DNA of 64,000 bases from Macrostomum lignano (Eukaryota): NCBI GenBank assembly GCA_002269645.1, contig NIVC01000312.1, positions 1 to 64,000 on the forward strand, given 5' to 3'. Both the position numbers and the translations under genes were made by a program. Shown here piece after piece: positions 12,001-21,945 of this stretch. Under the pieces are notes generated by a model. That model worked only from the letters and a program-made list of their open reading frames with translations, was not told the DNA's origin and searched no databases. Within the stretch, counting starts at the first letter, position 1, and every line of letters begins with the position of its first letter.

Positions 12001-15000
12001 CTTTCCAGTGGGGGTGGGAGCGTTCTCAGTGGCTGCGTGTGTACACTTGGACCCTGGCTCACTGGCTGACTTTATAGATAATTGCGCAATGATATGGCTA
12101 CTGATAAGTTTTCCTGCCTTTCAATGGGCAGTCCTGTGTATTTGTTGGACATTGAAATTCAATGCATCATCTTGCAAGCAGGCAGTGAACGTACACTCGA
12201 TACTTCAATGCTATAAATCAGACAGTTTCAAACGCTAACTGTTCCTCGAGTTTTAAACTTTGAGAGGAGAATCTTACATTGCTGGCAAGATCTTGCAACG
12301 CTGAGTTCGGGGATATAAGTTGTTTGCTTTAAATATGAAAAGAAAAAGCACCGCATTTGAAAAACGATTTCCATACTTTTAACTTTCTGCAAAGATTGTA
12401 CTTTAATCTGCAAAGATTGTTGGGGGAGGGTTCAACTTCTCACTGCTGCTGTGTATTAGAGGGTTGATTTAGATTGCGCAATGTTTTTGTTAACTTTACC
12501 TGAGGCTGATACTGACTGACTGTGAAATCGGTTGCGCAATGAATTGATTCAATTAGTTCAATATTTTTATCTGTGCCTTTTAACACGAAGCTGTGCGTAG
12601 TTCTAACCCTAACCCTAACCCTAACCCTAACCCTAACCCTAATGAATCTGGCGAGTTGAGTTGTTTGACGGAAAAAAATCGATTAAGTCAAGTTTAGCGG
12701 AGACGATTTCAATGTTTAAATTCTGACGGAGAAGATTTCTGTTTCGTGGAGAGGATTTCGATGGTGTTCAGTTTCACGAAAGGATTTCCATAGTGTTCAG
12801 TTTCACGGAGAGGATTTCGATCATGTTCAGCTTCACGGAGAGGCTTTCTGTTTCGCGGAGATAATTTATGATTGATTTCTGTTTTATGGAAACAATTTTG
12901 ATGGATTTAAGTTTCAAGGAGAGGATTTCGAAGGAGTCCAGTTTCACTGAGAGGATTTCGATGGTTTTTAGTTGCACAGACAGGATTTTTGCTTCGCGGA
13001 GAGGATCTTGATGGATTTGGCATCTTCAATCAGTCAGAGAAGAGAGTGTAAAGAGAAGACTGAAAAGAGAAGAGAGAAGAGATGATAGAAAACAGAGTAT
13101 AATTGAGTGGAGAGATTAGACATGACAGATTGGAGATGATAGGAGAGAGAATAGATGAGGGATAAGAGCGTACAGAGGCAATAGAAGAGAGGGGAGAGTA
13201 GAGGAGAAAGAAAGAGTGAGATGAGGAGATGAGGGATGAGAGAGCAGGGGAGAGAGGAGACAGGAGAGAGTACAGACGAAAGACTAGGGAGAAGATATAA
13301 ATAAGGTAGTAAAGATGAGAGGAGAGAGAGGAGAGAGAAGCGAAAGGAGAAGAGAGTGAGGAGAGAGGAGAGAGATGAAAGGAGCAAGGAAAGGAGAAAA
13401 GAGAGAATGGAGAGAATAGAAAAGAGAGAAGAGAAGAGACAGGGGATAGTGAAAAGGAGGAAGAAAGATGGGAGACAAGAAAGTAGTGTCAGAGCGTATA
13501 TGAAATATGAGAAATGAGAGCAGAGAGAAGAGAAAAGAGAAGAGAGAGAGAGAGGGTTAAGAGAGACGATAGATAAGTGAGTAGAGATGACATATGAGAG
13601 AGGAGAGAAGAGGGAGAGATAAGAGTGAAGAGAGGAGACAGAAGACAGGAGAAGGTACAGACGAAAGACGAGGGAGAAGAGATAAATAAGGGAGCAGGGG
13701 TAGAGATGAGATGAGAGAGAGGAGAGAGGAGATATGAGAGACTTGAGAGTCTTTGAGCTATGGTCTTTGAAAGATTTTGTAAAGAATTTGGAGACGATTT
13801 GGAAGATAGGGTTAAAGACATGGAATTTCAGTTGATGGATATTTCAGGGAATAGAATTCCGGTGATGGGAGTTCTTCCCCTTTCTCCTCCGAAGGAGGAG
13901 TTCCACTCGTATATACTAAAGTTGACGCGTTGTTTGTCTGTATGTCTGTCTGTGTGTCTGTCATTTCGACAACTCCTCCTTGAATAGTGCCAACTCAGCG
14001 TTGAAACTTATATGGGAAGATTGGAAATTATCCGAGGTCGGCTATAGGCTATTTTAATTCTGAAATTTTAATTTTTAAGATCCTCAAAAAAGCAGAAAAC
14101 GGCGGTCTTGACCTTTGATAATCTTAATTGTCCCCTCTTTCTGCTTGGAGCTGAAAAATGCATGAATTTTTTGTGATTGCGCCACAACTTTTCCCTATCT
14201 CTGTACTGTATTTTCTTTCCAGTGGGGGTGGGAGCGTTCTCAGTGGCTGCGTGTGTACACTTGGACCCTGGCTGACTGGCTGACTGTAAAGATAATTGCG
14301 CAATGAAATGGCTACTGATAAGTTTTCTTGCCTTTCAATGGGCAGCTCTGTGTATTTGTTGGACATTGAAATTCAATGCATCAACTTGCAAGCAGGCAGT
14401 GAACGTACACTCGATACTTCAATGCTAAAAATCAGACAGTTTCAAACGCTAACTGTTCCTCGAGTTTTAAACTTTATGAGGAGACACTTATATTGCTGGA
14501 AAGATCTTGCAACGCTGAGTTCGGGGATATACATTGTTTGCTTTAAATATGAAAAGAAAAAGCACCGCATTTAAAAAACTATTTCCATACGTTTAACTTT
14601 CTGCAAAAATTGTACTCAGTTTTGCGAGACGTAATAGATAAAGTTGGGGGGAGGGTTCAACTTCTCACTGCTGCTGTGTATTGGAGGGTTGATTTAGATT
14701 GCGCAATGTTTTTGTTAACTTTAACTGAGACTGATACTGACTGACTGACTGTGAAATCGGTTGCGCAATGAATTGATTCAATTAGTTCAATATTTTTATC
14801 AGTGCCTTTTAACACGAAGCTGTGCGCAGTTGTAACCCTAATCCTAACCCTAACCCTAACCAATGAATCCAGAGAGTTGAGTTGTTTGACGGAAAAAATT
14901 CGATGAGTCCAGTTTAGCGGAGACGATTTCAATGTTTTAATTTTGACGGAGAGGATTTCTGTTTCGTGGAGAGGATTTCGATGGTTTTCAGTTGCATGGA

Positions 15001-16112
15001 CAGGATTTTTCTGCTTCGCGGAGAGGATCTTGATAAATTTGGCATCTTCAATCAGTCCGAGAAGAGAGTAAAGAGAAGAATGGAAAGAGAAGAGAGATGA
15101 GATGATAGAAAACAGAGTAGAAATGAGTGGACAGATTAGACATGACAGATGGGAGAGAAGAGGGGAGTAAGACGGGAACGAAGGAGAGAGAAGAGAAGAG
15201 GAGAGAGGAGATGAGAGGGGAGATATGAGATAGCAGAGGAAGACAAGAGAGATGAGAGGGAGAGAGGAGAGAGAGAAGCGAGAAGAGAAGAGAGACAAGA
15301 GAGAGGAAAAAGATCAAAGATCAAAGATGAGAGAGTTAAGAGAGGAAAGTAGTGAGGAGAGAAGAGATAAGAGATGCGATGAGAAAAGAGATTAGTGAGA
15401 ACATAAGAGAGAAGAGATTAGAGATTAGAGAAGAGAGGGGAGAAGATGAAAGGAGAAAGGACAGGAGAGAAGAGAGAATGGAGAGGATAGAAAAGAGAGA
15501 AGAGAAAAGACAGGGGATAGTGGTGAGGAGGAAAGAAAGATGGGAGACAAGAAAGTAGAGTGTGAGAGCGTATATGAGATATGAGAAATGAGAGCAGAGA
15601 GGAGAGAGAGGGTAAAGAGAGACGATAGATAAGTGAGTAGAGATGACATATGAGAGAGGAGAAAAGAGGGAGAGAAGATAAGAGTGAAGAGAGGAGACAG
15701 GAGACAGAAGTGAAGAGGAGAGATATGAGAGAAGAGAGGAGACAAGAGATAGGAGAGGGTACAGATGAAAGACGAGGAAGAAGAGATACATAAGGGAGTA
15801 GAGATGAGAGGAGAGAGAGGAAAGACTAGATGTCAGATAGCAAAGAAGAGAGAGCAGAGATGAGAGACTAGAGATGGAAAGCAGATTAGAGAGAAGAGAT
15901 AAGAGACTACACTGTAGAGATGAGAGGGCAAAAAGGAGAGCAAAAAGGCTTTACAGAGGATTTGGAGATGATTTGGAAGATGGGATTCAAGTCATGGAGT
16001 TTCAGCTGATGGATTTCAGGGAATGGAATTCCGGTGATGGGAGTTCTTCCCCTTTCTCCTCCGAAGGAGGAGTTCCACTTCTATCTATCTACATATACTA
16101 AAGTTCACGCGT

Positions 16113-16152
<40 letters not shown>

Positions 16153-17099
16153 ATTTCGACAACTCCTCCTTGAATAGTGCCAACTCAGCGTTGAAACTTA
16201 TATGGGAAGATTGGAAATTATCCGAGGTCGGCTATAGGCTATTTTAATTCTGAAATTTTAATTTCTAAGATCCTCAAAAAAGCAGAAAACTGCTTTTTTG
16301 ACCCCCAATAACCTTCTTTTGCCACTCTGCCTGGGGCTTCAGTCAGTTTGTAAAAATAGCCACCCCAACCTCCGCCCGCGGGCCGCTGTGTATTGAGGGG
16401 TGGTGGGTGCGCGTGTTCTGGGTTCAATGCAAATAAAACCCCCCGCGTGTTGGGGGGTTGAGTTGAATTTAATGATTCCCCCAGAACGGGGGGTAGGGCT
16501 TGGGCTGAGTGTACATAGCAGTTGTACAGTGTAAACAGATGGACTTTGTCGAAATTCATTTGGTTTTATTATTGGCGCAGACTAAATAACAAGAATAACA
16601 AGACTATATAACAAGAGATAACAAGACTGCAGTCGTACTTTTATTACTAGCCTGCAGTTATCCCCTTTGCATGTAGTCAGCAGTTCTCCTCTCGGCTGTC
16701 TTGTCAGTCGCTTCACCAAACTGGGATGATCCTTTCAACAATCAAAAAACATTATCAGCATTTATTATGACTCAATATTCAATATTCAATACATATCTCT
16801 TTTTCTCTAGAAATCCGCACATTACTCTAAAGAACCTAAAACGAATACCATGCACCCTTTCCAGTGAGTCAGTTGCGACAGTAAATGTATAGTAATGAGT
16901 AAAAATATTAATAAAAAATCTGTGAAAGCAGCATAAATTTTCAGACGTTTTTTACTATGTACTTTCGATTCGATGACTCGATACACAGGAATGAACAGTA
17001 TTACAGTGCTAACAACAGCAAAAAAATACGCGGCCCTGTGAGCAAAAGGTCACAGTTAGAGCAGGGCGCGTCAGATGGCGCGCCGCAGAGCCTGGGAGC

Positions 17100-17272
17100 T
17101 GTAGTGTGCGTACGCACAGTATGGTACGCCCGGGCAGTCTGATTGGCTGCGGAGTGGGGTGGGTGCCGCCACCCCAATTCTAACTCCATAATATATAGAC
17201 TCGTGCCCAGCGCGGCAAGATTTGTAAGAGTATGGCTACACAGCAAACACGGCCTCTGACTAAGTTACTACA
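17100..17272 (+). repeat. 5' LTR
   Basis: TGTAGT...ACTACA; contains an ATTGG (CCAAT) box and a TATATA-like motif. Confidence 0.97.
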
Positions 17273-17304
17273 ATGGCGTCGCAAGAACTGAACCTTTAAA
17301 AATC

Positions 17305-20300
17305 ATGACTCAGCAAATTTCACTCGCGCCACCCGGGCCGTTTACAATCGATAGCGACTGCCACTCCACAGCACAGCGCTGGACTGCATGGACTCGTCGC
17401 TTCGCCACGTACATCAATGCAGCTGGAATCACCGACAAGACTCGAGGGCAGCAGCTGCTGCTGTACGCCGCAGGAGAGGAGCTGCAGGCTGTAGTCGAAG
17501 AGAACGAGATCGCCTCTGGAGAGGACTACAGCAGCCTCGCGAAAAACATCCAGACGTTCTGGGACGGGAAGAATAACATTGTGTTCCTGCGTTTCAAGTT
17601 TGAGACCTGCAGACAGCAGCCTGGCGAGCAGATCGACCAGTGGTATCAGCGTCTGCGCAAGGCGGCGGAGCCGTGTGAGTTCGGGACCCTCAGAGACTCG
17701 CTGATCCGTGACAAAATCGTCGCCTACTGCGAATCTGAGAGACTCAGGAGAGACTTCTTGCAGACCAACAATATCTCCCTGGCAGATGTGCTCAAAAAGG
17801 CGAGGGCGAAAGAAGCCGCGGAGCAGCAGGCCACCGTGATGGAGAGCGACAGACCAGGGGAACCGCAGCAGCTCGCAGCAGTCAGAAGAGACCAGAAGCC
17901 ACAGATGCCGCAGACACCAACGCAGCACGTATCGTGCGATCGCTGCGGCAGGCCAGGGCACCCCACGTGCACCGCAGCGCAGGGCAAGAGCTGCAGAAAG
18001 TGCGGGAAGCCGGGCCACTTCGCGCGAGCCTGCAGGTCCAAGCAGGGCGCCCCGCAGAGCGGCGCCGACGCCGTCGCAACGCTGCAAGGCGAGACCAGCT
18101 ACCAGAAGGTGGACCACCCGGACTCCGGCGTGTTCGAGGTCGATCAGGGTGAGCAGTCGGCCCACACAATAGCCGAGATCAACGGCTCCAGACTGTCGGT
18201 GTTGATTGACAGCGGTGCGGCTCGAAATGTGATCAACCGGGCCACGTTCGAGAGCCTGAGACAGCGGCCGCACCTGCAGACCACCTCGGACAGGCTGTTC
18301 GCGTACGGGTCGGACAGGCCGATGCAGCTGCTGGGCAAGGCGGCGATGGACGTCCGCATTTTCGGCCGGCAGGCAGTCGCCACGTTCCACGTCGTCGAAG
18401 GGAGAGGCATCACCATCATCGGCAGGCAGACGGCCACTCAGATGGACATCCTGCGGGTCGGGCCACCACCGACAGCCGGACAGCGGGTGCTGCAGGTCGC
18501 TGAAGCGGAGGCGGCGGTCGATGGCCTTCTCAGCGGCACGAGATCCAGCGGAGTGCCTCAAGGACACGTCGAGGACATCGGCAGGGTGCTGCGCAAGCAC
18601 GCCAGCGTGTTCAGCGGAATCGGCTGCTTCACCGGGCCGCCTGCCGACATCCACCTCACCGACAGCGCCCGCCCGGTCTGCCATGCGCCTTCGAAGGTGC
18701 CGATCCACCTGGCAGACGCGGTGGACAAGGAACTGCAGTTGTTAGAGCAGCTCGGGATCATTGAGCCCGTCGACGGCCCGGCGCCGTGGGTCGCGCGGAT
18801 GGTCGTCGTGCCCAAGAAGGAGCCGGGCGAGGTGCGCATCACGCAGGACCTCCGCGATGTCAACCGCTTTGTCATCCGCGAGCGACACCAGATTCCGACT
18901 TTCGAGGAGGTGACCGGGGACATGGCCGGCAGCACAGTGTTCTCAGAGCTGGACATCGCGAAGGCGTTCTACCAGGTGCCTGTCGCCGAGAAATGCCGCA
19001 ACCTGCTAACATTCTCGACGCCTCGCGGGCTTCGCCGTCTCACCCGGCTGTGCATGGGCCTGTCCACCTCCCAGGAGATCCTGCAGAATGTGATGAGTCG
19101 AGTGCTGGCAGGCCTGCCCAACGTCAAATGGATCCACGACGACGTGGTCGTGTTCGGCCGCACGATGGCGGAGCACAACAGCAGCCTCGAGGCATGTCTG
19201 GCCCGCCTGGCGCAGCATGGCATCACGCTGAACGCTCGGAAATGCCGACTGGCGCGCAGCAGCATCGAGTTCATGGGAATGCGGCTCACGGCGGAAGGGG
19301 TCCAGGCCACGGAGAGCAAGGTCGCCGCCGTTCAAGACTTCAAGGAGCCCGAGTCGATTGGGCAGCTTCGCTCATTCCTGGGCCTCGTGAACTACCTCGC
19401 CGTGTTCACGCCACAGCTGGCCAAGGTGGCGGAGCCGCTGCGGCGCCTGACCAGGAAGACCGTCGACTGGCAATGGGGCGCCGACCAGGCCAGCGCCTTT
19501 GAGCAGCTGAAGCGCAGCATCGCGGAGCCGACAACGCTGGCTTTTTACGACAAGCGGCTACACACGCAGCTGATTGTGGACGCGGGGCCGACCGGACTGG
19601 GCGCCATCCTGGCGCAGGTGCAGCGCGACGGCAGCTCGAGGCCGGTCGCATACGCCAGCCGGACCCTCTCCGATGTCGAGCGGCGATATTCGCAGACCGA
19701 GAAAGAGGCACTCGCCGTGAAGTTCGGCTGCCTGAAGTTTGAGTACTACCTGCATGGATCGCCCCAGTTCACAGTGGTCTCTGATCACAAGCCGCTGACG
19801 GCCATGTTCGCGCCTGGGTCGCGGCCGCCTCCACGAGTCGAGCGAATGGCGCTCAGGATCCAGCACCTAGTGTTCAAGGTCGAGTACCAGCCGGGAGCCT
19901 CCAATGCTGCAGATGTACTCAGCAGGCAGCCCCTAAGCGAGCACGACGGAAGTTTTGGCGAGCAGCGGAGGGAGACCTACATCAACGAGGTGGCGCAGGC
20001 GGCTGTGCCGATGGCGCTGACACTCCAAGACATACGCAAGAGCTCTGCCAGCGACCCAGTCATCCGGGCGGCGATAGCGGCGACGCAAGGCGGTCGGTGG
20101 GATCGCTCCAACCCCGAGATGCGCTCGCTCCACGCGCTGCGAGAGGAGCTGTCTGCGGTTGACGGGGTCCTCCTTCGACACCACCGAATCGTCGTGCCAG
20201 CTGATCTGCGGCAGCAGATGCTCGAATTAGCGCATCAAGGACACCAGTGCTCGCAGAAGACGATCGCCAGACTCTGCACGAAGGTCTGGTGGCCGAGGAT

Positions 20301-21309
20301 GGCAACTCAAGCGGAGGAATTCGTCAGTCGATGCCGCAGCTGCGCCGTCACGTCGCACACGCCAGCCGTCCGGGCCACGCCTCTGCAGCCGACGCCGATC
20401 CCCGCGGGCGCCTGGCTGTCGATCGGCGCCGATTTCGTGGGACCCATCAACAACAACATGCTGCTGGTGTGCGTGGACCGCTACTCAAGGTTTCCGGAGG
20501 TGCAGCTCATGCAGACGACGACGGCCGAGGCACTGATTCCCCGCCTGCGAGAGATGTTCGCCCGCTTCGGGATCCCACAGGAGCTCGTGACAGATAATGG
20601 ACCACCTTTCTCGTCCAAGGAGTTCGGCCGGTTCCTGGCGAGCTACGGGATCAAGCACCGCCTCATCACGCCCTACTACCCAGCGGCCAACGGCATGACA
20701 GAGCGACTGAACCGCTCCATCAACAAAGTCGTGCGAGCAGCCATCGAGGAGCGGCGGGACTGGAGGGCCGCTCTGGACGAGTGGCTGCTGGCCTACAGGA
20801 ACACGCCGCATACGGCCACCGGGCGCGCACCAGCCGAACTGCTGATGGGCCGGCGGCCAAACGACATCATCCCCGCCGCCCGGCCGTCCCAGCGAGTCCG
20901 CATCAACGAGCAGCGGCTGAGAGAAGCCGACGCTGGCGCCAAGGCGGCGATGAAGCAGCACGCGGACGCAAAAAGGCGACCACGGAGGCACGACGTCCAG
21001 GTCGGCGACTCGGTGCTACGACGGCGGGTCGGTGCCAGCAAGACGCAGACGCCATTCGAGAGCGGTGCCTGGACAGTCCAGCGGGTGGCCGGCAACTCGC
21101 TGCTGCTACGCCGGGACGGCACGACCTGCTGGCGGCACTGCACGGCGGTCAAAGTCGTCAGCCCCGACTTGGCCGACGCCGGCGCCCAGACGCAGACCGC
21201 TGCACCGAGAGCTTCGGGCGAGGCGGCCCGAGATCCACCCGCCTCCCCCGTGGCGCTGCGCCCGCACCCCCGCGCTGCTCGGGCGGGCGTGAAAATCTAC
21301 AAGGACTGA
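17305..21309 (+). CDS. Gag-Pol polyprotein, 1334 aa (Gag, Zn knuckles, protease, RT, RNase H, integrase)
   Basis: CRKCGKPGHFARAC knuckle; protease IDSGA; RT ELDIAKAFYQ and WIHDDVVV; RNase H VDAG/EKEALA/SDHKPL; integrase HQGH...CRSC, ADF, TDNG, TERLN. Domain order PR-RT-RH-IN is Ty3/Gypsy. Confidence 0.97.
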   Translation: MTQQISLAPPGPFTIDSDCHSTAQRWTAWTRRFATYINAAGITDKTRGQQLLLYAAGEELQAVVEENEIASGEDYSSLAKNIQTFWDGKNNIVFLRFKFETCRQQPGEQIDQWYQRLRKAAEPCEFGTLRDSLIRDKIVAYCESERLRRDFLQTNNISLADVLKKARAKEAAEQQATVMESDRPGEPQQLAAVRRDQKPQMPQTPTQHVSCDRCGRPGHPTCTAAQGKSCRKCGKPGHFARACRSKQGAPQSGADAVATLQGETSYQKVDHPDSGVFEVDQGEQSAHTIAEINGSRLSVLIDSGAARNVINRATFESLRQRPHLQTTSDRLFAYGSDRPMQLLGKAAMDVRIFGRQAVATFHVVEGRGITIIGRQTATQMDILRVGPPPTAGQRVLQVAEAEAAVDGLLSGTRSSGVPQGHVEDIGRVLRKHASVFSGIGCFTGPPADIHLTDSARPVCHAPSKVPIHLADAVDKELQLLEQLGIIEPVDGPAPWVARMVVVPKKEPGEVRITQDLRDVNRFVIRERHQIPTFEEVTGDMAGSTVFSELDIAKAFYQVPVAEKCRNLLTFSTPRGLRRLTRLCMGLSTSQEILQNVMSRVLAGLPNVKWIHDDVVVFGRTMAEHNSSLEACLARLAQHGITLNARKCRLARSSIEFMGMRLTAEGVQATESKVAAVQDFKEPESIGQLRSFLGLVNYLAVFTPQLAKVAEPLRRLTRKTVDWQWGADQASAFEQLKRSIAEPTTLAFYDKRLHTQLIVDAGPTGLGAILAQVQRDGSSRPVAYASRTLSDVERRYSQTEKEALAVKFGCLKFEYYLHGSPQFTVVSDHKPLTAMFAPGSRPPPRVERMALRIQHLVFKVEYQPGASNAADVLSRQPLSEHDGSFGEQRRETYINEVAQAAVPMALTLQDIRKSSASDPVIRAAIAATQGGRWDRSNPEMRSLHALREELSAVDGVLLRHHRIVVPADLRQQMLELAHQGHQCSQKTIARLCTKVWWPRMATQAEEFVSRCRSCAVTSHTPAVRATPLQPTPIPAGAWLSIGADFVGPINNNMLLVCVDRYSRFPEVQLMQTTTAEALIPRLREMFARFGIPQELVTDNGPPFSSKEFGRFLASYGIKHRLITPYYPAANGMTERLNRSINKVVRAAIEERRDWRAALDEWLLAYRNTPHTATGRAPAELLMGRRPNDIIPAARPSQRVRINEQRLREADAGAKAAMKQHADAKRRPRRHDVQVGDSVLRRRVGASKTQTPFESGAWTVQRVAGNSLLLRRDGTTCWRHCTAVKVVSPDLADAGAQTQTAAPRASGEAARDPPASPVALRPHPRAARAGVKIYKD

Positions 21310-21534
21310 ATTTGAAATCCTGCGATGACTGAAATTAACTGACTTTCTTTTCCGTAATATGCGGACTGAAGTTTTTTTACGTTTTTGCTGCATTCAATTC
21401 AAATATTTTATTTCCTTAATATTTTAATCTCCATTTTCAATGCGCATCATCGGTGAATCTTTCGAACTTTGTATTTTCGAGTTACGTTTAAATCGATTTT
21501 CTTCTCTCTCAGTCTCTATTCGAAAGGGGAGAGA

Positions 21535-21707
21535 TGTAGTGTGCGTACGCACAGTATGGTACGCCCGGGCAGTCTGATTGGCTGCGGAGTGGGGTGGGTG
21601 CCGCCACCCCAATTCTAACTCCATAATATATAGACTCGTGCCCAGCGCGGCAAGATTTGTAAGAGTATGGCTACACAGCAAACACGGCCTCTGACTAAGT
21701 TACTACA
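21535..21707 (+). repeat. 3' LTR
   Basis: Same sequence as the 5' LTR, preceded by the PPT. Confidence 0.97.
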
Positions 21708-21945
21708 GGAGCGAACAAAGTCCGCTCCGTTGGCAGTGTCGGGCGCCCGTTGACAATCGAACAATGATTTGACAATGATGGGTGCTCTGATGTTGAGCCA
21801 GCCAGGAAACTGTCGGGCGTAGTTTCGGTCAATTACATTGCTGCTGTAGCATGCATGATTTTAAGGTCTTTAACATCATTTTTGCAAAGTAATCTAGAAA
21901 GCAACAGACAAACAGCGAAACAGATTCGCAGTTCAGTAATATCAG

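Larger units (their letters stand above)
1140..16290 (+). repeat. Head-to-tail tandem array of Helentron/HINE-like non-autonomous units (starts ~1461, 4631, 6448, 11659, 13881, 16053; last unit is head only)
   Basis: Six copies of a ~230-bp head: hairpin CTCCTCC-GAA-GGAGGAG, then TATACTAAAGTTGAC, a (GTCT/GTAT)n microsatellite, and CAACTCCTCC (inverted copy of the head motif). This 5' inverted repeat plus GTCY microsatellite layout is that of DINE-1/HINE elements (established knowledge). Periods ~3170, 1817, 3151 (after removing the 2060-bp insert), 2222 and 2172 bp. No Rep/helicase ORF seen. 1140-1460 is a degenerate 3' end of a further unit. Confidence 0.7.
17100..21707 (+). mobile_element. 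Full-length Ty3/Gypsy LTR retrotransposon (Mag-like), apparently intact
   Basis: 173-bp TG...CA LTRs at 17100-17272 and 21535-21707, identical by eye; 5-bp TSD GGAGC (17095-17099 / 21708-21712); PBS-like TGGCGTCGCAAG at 17274; PPT GAAAGGGGAGAGA at 21522-21534; single gag-pol ORF. Confidence 0.97.

Noticed and set aside
3786-15791. Leu/Ser-rich and Glu/Arg-rich ORFs (e.g. 10808-11599) as membrane or SR proteins
   Set aside because: Translations of the GA/TC tracts, which lack stops by composition.
17320-21332. Long antisense or overlapping ORFs on gag-pol (e.g. 462 aa at 17320-18708)
   Set aside because: Expected shadow ORFs of GC-rich coding sequence; no motifs.
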